Positions 18,326-28,920 are shown, counted from the first letter of the stretch. The stretch is DNA of 35,072 nucleotides from Chloroflexota bacterium (GCA_039804225.1 JBDLWN010000109.1:1-35072); one strand, 5' to 3'. Translations and numbers: made by a program. The notes: a model not told the origin generated them from the sequence alone.

Positions 18326-19463
18326 GCCTTCCGCTTCGCCTTTGAAGCGCCTTTCGGGGCCACCTTCGCTTTCGTCGCGGGCTTCGCCTTCGTCGCAGAC
18401 TTAACGGCACGCGCAATCTCAATTCGTCCGGCGGCAGTTGTGGCCGAAGCGCCATCAGCAAGTGGGAAGTGGCAGGCGACATTGACCGTCACATCTCGCG
18501 GTGTGGCAACCAACTTCGGCTCCTCGGTCGAGCACTTCTCTGGATTGCCCAGCTGCTCACGCAACCAGCAACGCGTGCGGAAGCGGCAGCCCGATGGTGG
18601 CGAGATGGGCGATGGGATCTCGCCTTCAAGAATGAGTCGATCCTTGACGTCGTGCGCTTCAACCTTCGGCACGGCGGAGATGAGTGCCACGGTGTACGGG
18701 TGCTGCGGCTTGGTGAAGACGCGGTCAACCGGGCCAATCTCAACGACTTTGCCGAGGTACATCACGGCGACGCGATCTGAGAAGTAGCCGACGACGTCGA
18801 GGTTGTGGCTGATGAAGAGGTAGGTCAGCCCCTTCTCGTTGCGCAGGTCGGTGAGCAGGTTAAGAACCTGGCTCTGAATTGAGACGTCGAGCGCGGAGAC
18901 CGGTTCGTCGAGCACGATGAACTCAGGGTTCACCGCTAGGGCGCGGGCGATGCCAATACGCTGGCGCTGACCGCCAGAGAACTCGTGCGGATAGCGCGAC
19001 GCATAGTTCGGATCCAGGCCGACAAGGTCGAGCACCTCCCGCACACGCTTCTCTCGAGCGGCATGCTCGCCGAGCTTGTGGGCGAGGAGGCCCTCTTCGA
19101 TCTGGTCGCCGATCGGAAGGCGCGGGTTCAGTGAGCCGAACGGATCCTGGAAGACGATCTGCATGCGCTTGCGCAACGCTCGGCGTTCTGTGACAGAGAG
19201 ATTCTTGATCTCACGTCCGTCAAAGGTGACGGTACCCGCAGTAGCTGGCTGCAGACCGAGCGCCACGCGGCCGAGCGTGGTCTTTCCGGAGCCCGACTCG
19301 CCGACGAGGCTGAGCGTTTCGCCGCGAGTAACACTGAGGTCTACGCCGTCAACGGCGCGAACTGCGAGCGGCTTGCGAATGAGTGGGATGCCCCCACGCA
19401 CCTGGAAGTGACGCTTAACGCCAACGAGCTTGAGTAGTTCGCGCCTATCAGCGCTCTTGCCGC

Positions 19464-19467
<4 letters not shown>
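18322..19467 (-). CDS. oppF: Oligopeptide/dipeptide ABC ATPase (OppF/DppF-like)
   Basis: GESGSGKT, VFQDPFGSLNP, YPHEFSGGQRQR, HPYT, GCRFRTRC. Confidence 0.92.
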
Positions 19468-20500
<1,033 letters not shown>

Positions 20501-20504
<4 letters not shown>

Positions 20505-21430
20505 GACCGGCGCCCCTCTGGCTCAAGGCTTTCGCGAAGCGCATCACCAATCATGTTTACCGAGAGTGCGGTGAGAACTATGAAGAGTCCAGGGAATCCA
20601 ACCCACCACCAGTTCCCCTGCAAGAAGAACTGCTGCGAGTTAGAGAGCATGTTTCCCCATGTCGGGGAGAGTGGCGATACGCCGAAGCCGAGGTAGCTGA
20701 TGAATGCCTCACCAATTATCGCTCCGCCTACTGCGAAGGGGAATGAGACAACAACTGGCCCGATGGCGTTAGGCAAGACGTGGCGCAGGGCAATACGAAC
20801 TGGCGAAACACCGAGTGCACGCGCCGCCTCAATGAACTCCATCTCGCGCAACGCAAGAACCTGCCCGCGCACAAGGCGGGCGGTACCCATCCAGCCAAAC
20901 GCTACGAACACGATGATGACAGTCATCAGGCCGGTGCCACCAAGCTCCGAGATAATTCGGGCGCCAACGATGATCACGAAGAGACTTGGGATGGCGAGGA
21001 AGACGTCAACCAAGCGCATGAGGAATCCGTCGAGCTTGCCGCCGAAGTACCCAGAGATGATTCCGACCAGCGTGCCAATCGTGATGCCACCGATTGCAGA
21101 GATAAATCCGATCAGCAATGAGCCACGGCCACCGTTAACCGTCAACATGAAGACGTCAAGCTGAAGCTGCGCAGTCTCGCCAAAAATGTGCTCAAAAGAG
21201 GGTGGTCGACCGAGGAAGACGAATTCACTCGGTGTTGGCACGCTGAAGCGATCGTAGGGCGAGATGAAGGGTCCCACGATCACAAAGAGCACGATGAATC
21301 CAAGGATGCGAAGCCCCCATGGGCCCTGTCGCCCAGCGAAGAAGCGGCGACGTGCCTGAGCCCATGGGCTCTCCGATGCGGAGAGCTTTGGAGCCGCGGC
21401 GAGCGTAGCCCCCTTAGCCTTCGCGCTCAC
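20501..21430 (-). CDS. oppC: Peptide ABC permease (OppC/DppC-like)
   Basis: EFIEAARALG EAA loop, RHVLPN, YLGFG...PTWG. Confidence 0.92.
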
Positions 21431-22521
21431 AGACGCACGCGCGGATCAAGGATGGCGTAGAGCATGTCGGCGACGAGGTTGCCGATCACCACCATCACAG
21501 AGCCAATGAGCAGGATCGACATCAGCACAGGGTAGTCAAGGTTATTGGTGGCCTGCAGCGTTAGCCGGCCAACTCCGGGCCACGAGAAGATCGACTCAGT
21601 GATGAGGGCGCCGCCGAACAGGAAGGGGAGTGCCAGGCCGATGTTCGTCGCAAACGGCACGAGTGCGGTACGCAGTGCATGGCGCATCAGCACGCGCGAT
21701 CGCGCTAGCCCCTTCGCCCGAGCGGTGCGCACATGCTCCATGGAGAGTGCGTCGATCACGCTGGCGCGCACATATCGAGAGTCGCCTGAGAAGCTAACGA
21801 TCACCAGCGTCATGACTGGCAGCACAAGGTGCGCGGCAAGGTCGAGTAAGGCGGTAACTGGGCTGACGGAGAAGTACTGCCAGTAGAGATCGCTACCGAA
21901 GGCCGGCGATTCACGCCCATTCACCATGCCATCAACCGGGGTGAGGTCCAGCACAATTGCGAAGAGGAACATCAGCATGAAGCCGAGCAGGAAGGTGGGG
22001 AACGTAGAGAGCACATAGGTGACCGTGGTGACGGAATTGTCGAGCCGCCCTCCGCTCTTGACGCCCGTGTAGACACCAACAATGACGGCAAGGGTTAACC
22101 AAATAACGATGGAGAGCCCCGCCAAAATTAGGGTTGGGAGGGCCGCGGCTGCGATGAGATCAGCGACAGACTCGCCATTGAAGTAGGAGTACCCGAGCTC
22201 GCCGTGAATGATGCCGGTGTACACCCCAGAGATGGAGGAGGGTAAGAAGCTGGGGAAGCCAGTCGGACCAACAAGGGCATCCAGCCCTTCGGCGTCGCGG
22301 CGGCATGCGCCGAGCCAGCGGCAGTACTGCACCGGCACGGGCTGGTCGAGGCCGAGTGACTTGAGGTAGCCCTCCTTTTGGGCCGCCGTGTACTTGGGAT
22401 TCAGGGCGTACTTCTGCTCAGGGCCACCTGGGGCCGCGAGCAAGAGTGCGTAGATGAGGACGGTGGAGCCGAGCATGATGGTGACGCCGAGCGCGATTCG
22501 CTTCAGTGCGTACTTGATCAT
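21427..22521 (-). CDS. oppB: Peptide ABC permease (OppB/DppB-like)
   Basis: GLDQP..VQY, RTARAKGL, HALR, ESIFSWPGVG, DPRVR; SD GAGGAGG. Confidence 0.92.
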   Translation of the reverse strand: MIKYALKRIALGVTIMLGSTVLIYALLLAAPGGPEQKYALNPKYTAAQKEGYLKSLGLDQPVPVQYCRWLGACRRDAEGLDALVGPTGFPSFLPSSISGVYTGIIHGELGYSYFNGESVADLIAAAALPTLILAGLSIVIWLTLAVIVGVYTGVKSGGRLDNSVTTVTYVLSTFPTFLLGFMLMFLFAIVLDLTPVDGMVNGRESPAFGSDLYWQYFSVSPVTALLDLAAHLVLPVMTLVIVSFSGDSRYVRASVIDALSMEHVRTARAKGLARSRVLMRHALRTALVPFATNIGLALPFLFGGALITESIFSWPGVGRLTLQATNNLDYPVLMSILLIGSVMVVIGNLVADMLYAILDPRVRL

Positions 22522-22543
22522 GCCGCCTCCTCTACTGGTGCTG

Positions 22544-22574
22544 GTAGGTCGCGCGACCTACGTGGGGGATCTTA
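22544..22574 (-). promoter_or_regulatory. Possible internal promoter for oppB with an 18-bp perfect palindrome
   Basis: TAAGAT at 22574-22569, then GTAGGTCGCGCGACCTAC at 22561-22544. Confidence 0.45.
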
Positions 22575-22594
22575 GCGGGAGTAGCGAGAGTGAT

Positions 22595-22640
22595 GTGCGG
22601 CCGCCGCAGAGCCCCTTTCGGAGCTCCGCGACGACCGCAC
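22595..22640 (-). terminator. 21-bp stem-loop with GAAA tetraloop after oppA (mRNA stabiliser or terminator lacking a U-tract)
   Basis: GTGCGGTCGTCGCGGAGCTCC-GAAA-GGGGCTCTGCGGCGGCCGCAC; fully paired with 4 G-U pairs on the minus strand only. Confidence 0.75.
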
Positions 22641-22666
22641 GCCGAATTCGTTCGGCTCAGACCTAC

Positions 22667-24463
22667 TTAGTTCGACGTAACGTCGAGCTCGTAGGCGTTC
22701 CAGATTGGGCCCCAGGCCGCATGCTGGAGGTAACCGCTCACGTTCTTTGACACCAGAACGATGTCAAGCCAGTAGTGCAGCGGGATCGAGACCACGTTGG
22801 TGGTCAAGAGTGACTGCACCTCGGCCATGAGCGCATCCTGCTCAGCCACTTCGATCGAGGACTTGATGGCCTCGAGCTTCGCGTCAAGCTCTGGGATGTT
22901 CACGAACTGGTCATTGCCGCCACCGTTCTCGTTGGTCTGGGTCGAGTGGTACGTGTCGTACCCGCTCGGCTCAACCGACGTGATGCCGAAGGCGTGCAGT
23001 GCAATGTCAAATGTTCCGTATGCCAGGTTGCACTTCGTGCCGGCGGCAACGTCGGTGCGCTGACCGAAGAGGACGCCGCTGCTGACCGCGTCAACGATGG
23101 CAGTGATGCCGATCGTCTTCAGGTCAGCCGCAAGCAGCTGCAACTTCGCGCCACGGGTTGGCTTCAGCGTGGTGCACATGTCGAGGATTGCCTCGTCACG
23201 GTCACCGTCACCGTCGACATCCTTGTCGACCGTCCCGTTGTTGTTGGTGTCACTCCAGCCGCCGTCGGCCAGGATCTGTGCAGCCCTGGTTAGGTCATAG
23301 GCCTCCACTGCCTGCTCTTCGTAGAAGAAGAAGTCAGGGAGCTCCATGTTCGTCGCAACGAAACCAACGCCACCCTCGATCTGCTCGAGGTAGCGCTCTC
23401 GGTCAACTGCGGCCGAGATGGCTCGTCGGAGCTCTAGGTCAGAGGCTGGGCAGCCACCGCCGCGCGCCGCGCGGTTTGGAAGCACGCCGTCTGGATCGGC
23501 TTCTGCCGGCGCGCCGTCAGAGCAGATCGTCTTGGAGTGATTTGGGCGCAGGAACTCAACCGTGAAGCTTGGGAACGGGCGCTGCTCGTCGCCAAGATCC
23601 TTGGTTGGTGCGTACTGCGAACCGTCAAGGTCGGTGACCATGTCAAGCTCACCGGCGCGGAACTTCGCAACGCAGGTCTCTGGCGAACCACAGACCACGT
23701 ACTTCACTCGCGCAAGCTTCGACTGGCTGCCGTTGCGTGGGTCCTTCCAGTACGGGTTGCGAACGACCACGGTTTCAACACCAGGCGTTCGGCTCTCGTA
23801 CTTGAAGGCACCGGTCGTTGGAACATTTGGCAGGTCCTTGGTGCGGTAGCCCGCGCCCAAGAGCATGTCATTGGACGAGTCGGTAGCAGGATTTCCGCCG
23901 ACCACCGTGCCCACAGTGAACTTGCTGAAGTAGTGCTTCGGCGCATACGCAGGGCCATACTTCAGGTTCTGGTAGAGCTCGGAGTAGTGCACGGTCATCT
24001 TCTGACCTTCGCACACGATCTCCTTGATCTCCTTGGTGCCAACCTTCGAGACCGCAGTGTTCTTCTCATCGAGAATCCACTCGCGGGCGTACTGGAAGTC
24101 GGCGCAGGTGAAGTCAACACCGTCGGACCACTTCCACGGGCGAAGATTCCAGGTGACCGTTGCGGCTGCGCCGTCAACGCCTGGAACCTGAATGCCGCCA
24201 TTCTCCTTCGTAGGAATCTCGGTGGCCATCCAAGGCTCAAGCTCGAGCTCCTCGTTGAGGCGGAGCAGACCGTCGCTGGTCATGCCGATGACGTTGCTCG
24301 ACATCACCGTGCTGTAGTAGAAGGGGTTCAGGCTGTCGACGTCCTGATAGTCACCGATGAGCAACGTTGCTCCGGTGACCGTCGAACTGGTCGACCCGCC
24401 GCATGCCCCGGCAACAAGTGCGGCAGTCACCGCAAAGGTTGCGAGTAGCGACCTCTTTCGCAT
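22667..24463 (-). CDS. oppA: Peptide ABC substrate-binding lipoprotein (family 5 SBP)
   Basis: Lipobox-like LVAGAC, SLNP, KWSDG..FT..D, TGAFK, RNPYW, LRRAI..AVDR; start ATG 24463 behind AAGGAGG. Confidence 0.9.
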   Translation of the reverse strand: MRKRSLLATFAVTAALVAGACGGSTSSTVTGATLLIGDYQDVDSLNPFYYSTVMSSNVIGMTSDGLLRLNEELELEPWMATEIPTKENGGIQVPGVDGAAATVTWNLRPWKWSDGVDFTCADFQYAREWILDEKNTAVSKVGTKEIKEIVCEGQKMTVHYSELYQNLKYGPAYAPKHYFSKFTVGTVVGGNPATDSSNDMLLGAGYRTKDLPNVPTTGAFKYESRTPGVETVVVRNPYWKDPRNGSQSKLARVKYVVCGSPETCVAKFRAGELDMVTDLDGSQYAPTKDLGDEQRPFPSFTVEFLRPNHSKTICSDGAPAEADPDGVLPNRAARGGGCPASDLELRRAISAAVDRERYLEQIEGGVGFVATNMELPDFFFYEEQAVEAYDLTRAAQILADGGWSDTNNNGTVDKDVDGDGDRDEAILDMCTTLKPTRGAKLQLLAADLKTIGITAIVDAVSSGVLFGQRTDVAAGTKCNLAYGTFDIALHAFGITSVEPSGYDTYHSTQTNENGGGNDQFVNIPELDAKLEAIKSSIEVAEQDALMAEVQSLLTTNVVSIPLHYWLDIVLVSKNVSGYLQHAAWGPIWNAYELDVTSN

Positions 24464-24558
24464 GTGTTTCCTCCTTATCGGCCACCCCATTACGGCTGAC
24501 CGTTCAGACTTGAAGCGCGATCTGCGCTTGGCGGAATCCTATCCGATACGAAGGGGGT

Positions 24559-24580
24559 ATTACCAGAGGATTACCAGAGG
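24559..24580. repeat. Perfect 11-nt tandem direct repeat ATTACCAGAGG x2 upstream of oppA
   Basis: Copies at 24559-24569 and 24570-24580, starting 17 nt upstream of a minus-strand TAGGAT (24541-24536). Confidence 0.85.
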
Positions 24581-24619
24581 GGTGCAACGGGTGGGGTGTG
24601 CGGGGGGCGGTGCGGATTG

Positions 24620-25276
24620 TTACGGCTGGAGTCGACGGGTCACCCAGGGGCCAGATGGGCTGGTTCGTAGGTACTCAAAGCGGTCGTGGAGGCGGTATTC
24701 GCCCCCCTGCCAGAACTCCCAGCGGGCAGGCGTGACGCGATAGCCGCCCCAGTGCGGCGGCAACGTGGGGAGCGACTCTGGGGTAGGGGCCTGCGCCTGT
24801 GCGGCAGCGGCGAGGGCCGCCTCGAGGGTGGCTCGATCGGCGATCGGCTCCCCTTGGGCGCTTGCCCACGCTCCGAGCTGGCTCTCAAGCGGGCGGCTGG
24901 CAAAGTAGGCGGCCGACTCTCCCTCCGAGAGGCGAGCCACCGAGCCTGACATGCGGACCTGCCGTTCAAGGGTTGGCCACCAGAGGGTGAGGGCTGCTGC
25001 GGGTCGGGCGGCGAGGTCGCGCCCCTTACGGCTCCCGTGATTCGTATAGAAGTCAATCCCTGCAGGGCCGATGCCGCGGATCAGGATCATGCGGACGCTT
25101 GGGCTCCCAGACTCGTCGGCGGTGGCGAGGGCGGCGGCGAGGGGCTCAGGGACTTGCGCGGCAATCGCCTCATTCACCCAATGATGAAACTGGTCGACCG
25201 GATCGGGGAGAAGATCGCTGGCGTCGAGACGCCCGCGCTGATAGTTCGAGCGGTCGCCGAGCGGCTGACTGACCAT
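24620..25276 (-). CDS. pdxH: Pyridoxine/pyridoxamine 5'-phosphate oxidase
   Basis: PSVR, FYTN..SRKG, RQVR, YFASRP..SQLGAWAS.Q, WGGY, EFWQG...RLHDR, RLQP. Confidence 0.95.
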   Translation of the reverse strand: MVSQPLGDRSNYQRGRLDASDLLPDPVDQFHHWVNEAIAAQVPEPLAAALATADESGSPSVRMILIRGIGPAGIDFYTNHGSRKGRDLAARPAAALTLWWPTLERQVRMSGSVARLSEGESAAYFASRPLESQLGAWASAQGEPIADRATLEAALAAAAQAQAPTPESLPTLPPHWGGYRVTPARWEFWQGGEYRLHDRFEYLRTSPSGPWVTRRLQP

Positions 25277-25281
25277 GCGCG

Positions 25282-25974
25282 TTAGGCGAGCCCGGCCGGC
25301 GCCTCAAGTCGCGACTTCAGGTCGCCGAGGAAGGCGGCCACGAGTGCACCATCAACGGCGCGATGGTCGGCGGAGAGTGTAGCCGTCAGCATCGTGCGCG
25401 CCACCACGGCGCCGTCGCGCACCACGGCGCGCGACTCACTGCGCCCGGTCGCCAAGATAGCCACCTGCGGCGGTGTGACGATTGCGGTGAACTGCGTCAC
25501 CGGAAATGAGCCGAGGTTGGAGAGCGTAAACGTCTGCTCCGTAAATTCTGCAGGACGCAGTTTTCCGATCTTGGTGCGCGCGACGAGGTCGCGCAGCTCC
25601 GTTGAGATGGTGCCGAGATCTTTTGCTGCGCAATCCAGCAGTGCTGGCGCGACGAGACCATCGGGAATCGCAATCGCAATGCCAATATTGATCGCCGTGG
25701 AGCGCTCAAGCACTTCGCCCTCCCACACGGCATTGAGTGCGGGGTAGGCGGCGAGCGATTGCGCGAGTGCGCGAACCAACCACGCGGTGAGCGTCACTCG
25801 ATCATCACCAGTGCGTCCAGCATTGAGCGCTTCGTTCGCGGCAACGACCCCATCCATCTCAATGTCGGTCGAGACGTAGAAGTGCGGTGCCTTTGATTTG
25901 GATTCCACCATGCGACGGCTGATCGCCGTTCGCATTGGTGTGAACTCAACGGGCGTTCGCCCTGGCTTCGGCAT
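25282..25974 (-). CDS. 2-oxoacid dehydrogenase E2 acyltransferase, catalytic domain only
   Basis: MR..I..RM..SK...PHF, NIGIAIA...GL..P, TFTLSNLG, PPQVAIL, LSADHRAVDG. Confidence 0.9.
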   Translation of the reverse strand: MPKPGRTPVEFTPMRTAISRRMVESKSKAPHFYVSTDIEMDGVVAANEALNAGRTGDDRVTLTAWLVRALAQSLAAYPALNAVWEGEVLERSTAINIGIAIAIPDGLVAPALLDCAAKDLGTISTELRDLVARTKIGKLRPAEFTEQTFTLSNLGSFPVTQFTAIVTPPQVAILATGRSESRAVVRDGAVVARTMLTATLSADHRAVDGALVAAFLGDLKSRLEAPAGLA

Positions 25975-25987
25975 GATTGAGTGCGGC

Positions 25988-26230
25988 TTACTTGCCGTCT
26001 TCGACGTAGGCGATCACGGCGCCCACGGCCACCTCGGCGCCCGCGGCATGCACGATCTCGACGAGCGTTCCGGCAACCGGAGCCTCGAACTCGACGGTGG
26101 CCTTCTCGGTCTCGAGCTCGCCAATTGGCTGGCCCGCGGTCACGGTGTCGCCGACCTTTGCCGTCCAGGCGCCGATCTTGCCGACCTCGCTGTCGTAGCC
26201 GAGCCGGGGCATCTCTACTGGTACGCGCAT
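25988..26230 (-). CDS. Stand-alone lipoyl domain protein (80 aa)
   Basis: MPRLG...G.I..W...VGD.V..G..I.E.ETEKA..E.EAP..G; SD AAGGAGG before ATG 26230. Confidence 0.9.
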   Translation of the reverse strand: MRVPVEMPRLGYDSEVGKIGAWTAKVGDTVTAGQPIGELETEKATVEFEAPVAGTLVEIVHAAGAEVAVGAVIAYVEDGK

Positions 26231-26317
26231 CGCATCCCTCCTTAGGCGGGCCACGGGCGGCTCGCACGCTCATGCCGCCCCACGAGGGGTGGCGCTGGGA
26301 TCAGTGTAGCCCTGCGC

Positions 26318-27631
26318 CTAGCGCTGTGACTCGAAGGCCGCCTCCGCGGGCATCTCTTCGCCGTGGTGGATGCGGGTTGCCGTATTCCAGTCGTCACCCA
26401 CGTCGGCGGTCGCCGCCGCCACCAGTCGGAGGGCCCCCGTGACAATAAAGATGCCGACATAGGTTGGGTAGGCGATTGGGAGGAGAGCGAGAACGATCAC
26501 GCCGGCGAGCTGGCCGACGGCGAGCGCCCCCGCGGTCGTTGCACCGTAAGCCGACTGCGCGCGAATTGACTCACCAGGCGCGGCGAGTCGCAGCACGCGC
26601 TCCTGCGCGGAGAGCATGCCAGCGGCGAACCCGACGGTAATGATGACGATGACGACCAATAACACGATTGGCGCATACGGATTCCATGGCCCAGCGAGTG
26701 CCGACGAGGCCATGCCAACGCCGCGAACGATGAGCGAGATGCGGTAGAGGCGACTCGCGGAGCCGCGCTCTAGCCAATTGCCGATCACGACCGCACCAAC
26801 GAGAGCTGCGGCCGAGCCGATGGCGGCCATGAGGATGGCGTACGCCGCATCTTGCTTCAGCACAACGATTGCGTACACCGAAAGGTACGGAGCGAATCCG
26901 GCGCCAAGCGCTGAGATGATGTTGGTGCGGAGGAAGCGACGAATTGGTGCAGAGAGTGGCCCAGATTTAGCTGAGCGACCGGCCGACACTGCACCTGGCC
27001 GTGGAAGCGTGCGCAGTGCGCGCAAGAAGAGGAGGCTTGCTGCAAGGCCGCCAATAAAGGCTGGCGCATAGATGAGGACGCCCCAGTCTTGTTCGCCGAC
27101 ACGAACCAGCAGTGCAACTGGAACGAGGAGTACCGATCCGAGTCCAAATTGGATCGCGAGCGCACGTGGGGCGACGAAGCGGCGTTCGCGCTCAGGAAGG
27201 ATGCGTCCAAACCAGGTCTGTACGTTCGCCCCCGCGATTGCCTGCGCCGTAGCGCCGACGCCAAAGCCGATGGCAATCAACCCGATGCCGGCAAGCGGCG
27301 GAAGCACCCCAGCGGCAATAGCGATCACCACGGCGATGTACAGGATGGGTCGCAGGAGAGCCGCTGCGCCGATCAAAATGGTCAGCCGTCGCAGGTCACC
27401 GCCACTCCTGCGGAGCGCCGTGGGCACGAGCCCCTGCAGGATTCCGCCAACGAAGGGGAAGAGGCCAATCAGGGTGGCGAGCGCCGGTGATGCGCCTAGT
27501 GTGGTGATCAGGGGGATGGAGAGGCTGTCTCCGTTGAGTGCGACGGCGATGGCGTCGGAGACGGCGAGGGTGCGGAAGGCGGCGTAGCGGCCTGTGAGGA
27601 AGCGCCGCCAGTCGGCGATCGCCTTACTCAC
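26318..27631 (-). CDS. MFS-like membrane transporter
   Basis: About 12 hydrophobic segments in two halves; W.G.ILP..ER..F pattern; GTGA overlap with the upstream stop. Confidence 0.72.
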   Translation of the reverse strand: MSKAIADWRRFLTGRYAAFRTLAVSDAIAVALNGDSLSIPLITTLGASPALATLIGLFPFVGGILQGLVPTALRRSGGDLRRLTILIGAAALLRPILYIAVVIAIAAGVLPPLAGIGLIAIGFGVGATAQAIAGANVQTWFGRILPERERRFVAPRALAIQFGLGSVLLVPVALLVRVGEQDWGVLIYAPAFIGGLAASLLFLRALRTLPRPGAVSAGRSAKSGPLSAPIRRFLRTNIISALGAGFAPYLSVYAIVVLKQDAAYAILMAAIGSAAALVGAVVIGNWLERGSASRLYRISLIVRGVGMASSALAGPWNPYAPIVLLVVIVIITVGFAAGMLSAQERVLRLAAPGESIRAQSAYGATTAGALAVGQLAGVIVLALLPIAYPTYVGIFIVTGALRLVAAATADVGDDWNTATRIHHGEEMPAEAAFESQR

Positions 27632-28920
27632 CGCCCGTGGGCGGCGGCACTACTCGCTCGCACCTGCTCCTCAATGCGGTCAATCTCAGTGACAATCGCA
27701 GAACGGAGGGCGTCGAGTTCGTCGCGCGCCTTCTCGGTTGTGGAGTCGATCGCGGTGAGGGTCTTCTTGATCTCCTTGACCGAGTCCAATCGGCTGCGCA
27801 GCGCGTCAATCGCATCTTTCACCGCTGAGAGGTCGGCGCCGCTCCCCTCCGACTTGGCACGAATCAGCGCCGAGATGCGCGCGAGGCGGTATCCCGCCTC
27901 GAGGATCGCGACGTCGGGAGCCTCAGGGTCAACCACGCAGTAGACACCGTGGCGACTGATAACGAATGGCGAAGCGCCGGCGGGGGCCGCCGCTTCACTG
28001 AAGACCATCAGGGCGATCTCGGCCTTGCGATTCTCGCGCGCCTCGGCGAGCTCCTTCTCAATCGCTGGGCCAGTCATCACCTTGTCTTTTACCTCAACCA
28101 CAATGCGCAGAACGCTTGCAGAAGCGTCGCGGCCGTTGATCGTGATGACCGCATCGCCCTTCTTTGAGTCAGGAATGGAGCCAGCAACGCCGCCCGTCCC
28201 CTCGATCTCATCGTTCGTGGCGCGCAGCAGTTCGGTGTATTCGGCAATCACGCGCGACTCGAAGTCGGCGCCCTTCGCCGTCCCCTTCTTGCGCTCACCC
28301 TTCGCCGCCTTCTGCGACGCATCAAGTTCAACGATCTTCAGCAACACATCGTCAAAGCGCTTGGCGATCTCGGCGCGGAAGCCGCTCAGTGGTGAGGCCT
28401 CGCGCGTTGGGTCAAGCAGGTGGGCGAGCTTGCTGGCGTCACCGTCGAAGTAGGTGCCGAGAATGGTATTCAACTTTCCGAGCGCGGAGTCACGGCGATT
28501 CTCGTCAAAGAGATCTTTCGTAAAAAGTGCGAGCGCACCCTTATCTCCGAGGAAGCGCTCCAGCGTTGCCGGGAGTGCACCACCTTCGTTCGCGAAGGTC
28601 TTGCGCAGAATCTCCTCGACCTCAGCGGTCGCCTTCTTGTTTGACTCGCTGGCATCGGCGAGCAGCTTGTCGAAGGCGCGGCGAACATGATCCACATCAA
28701 TAGATCCACTTGCACTTTGCAGCGCCATCAGGCCAACTCGCATGGCGCGCTCGACAGTTTCGGCGCGATCCTCGGGCGTGCGACTTTCAAGGAAGCCGGC
28801 GAGGGCGCGATCAACGACTTCGAGTGAGGCAACACGGATGCGGTCACCAACGATCTCAACCTGCGTCGGCTTGCTCGCCGAACTGATCGGCACGATCTCG
28901 GGAACGCGCTCGCCACTCAT
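27628..28920 (-). CDS. Coiled-coil protein with PD-(D/E)xK nuclease-like domain (RmuC/DUF2130-like)
   Basis: KGADFE...KKGDAVI...RIVVEVKD motif set between long helical regions. Confidence 0.65.
   Translation of the reverse strand: MSGERVPEIVPISSASKPTQVEIVGDRIRVASLEVVDRALAGFLESRTPEDRAETVERAMRVGLMALQSASGSIDVDHVRRAFDKLLADASESNKKATAEVEEILRKTFANEGGALPATLERFLGDKGALALFTKDLFDENRRDSALGKLNTILGTYFDGDASKLAHLLDPTREASPLSGFRAEIAKRFDDVLLKIVELDASQKAAKGERKKGTAKGADFESRVIAEYTELLRATNDEIEGTGGVAGSIPDSKKGDAVITINGRDASASVLRIVVEVKDKVMTGPAIEKELAEARENRKAEIALMVFSEAAAPAGASPFVISRHGVYCVVDPEAPDVAILEAGYRLARISALIRAKSEGSGADLSAVKDAIDALRSRLDSVKEIKKTLTAIDSTTEKARDELDALRSAIVTEIDRIEEQVRASSAAAHGR

Noticed and set aside
23537-24448. 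303-aa plus-strand ORF inside oppA
   Set aside because: Antisense shadow with no recognisable features
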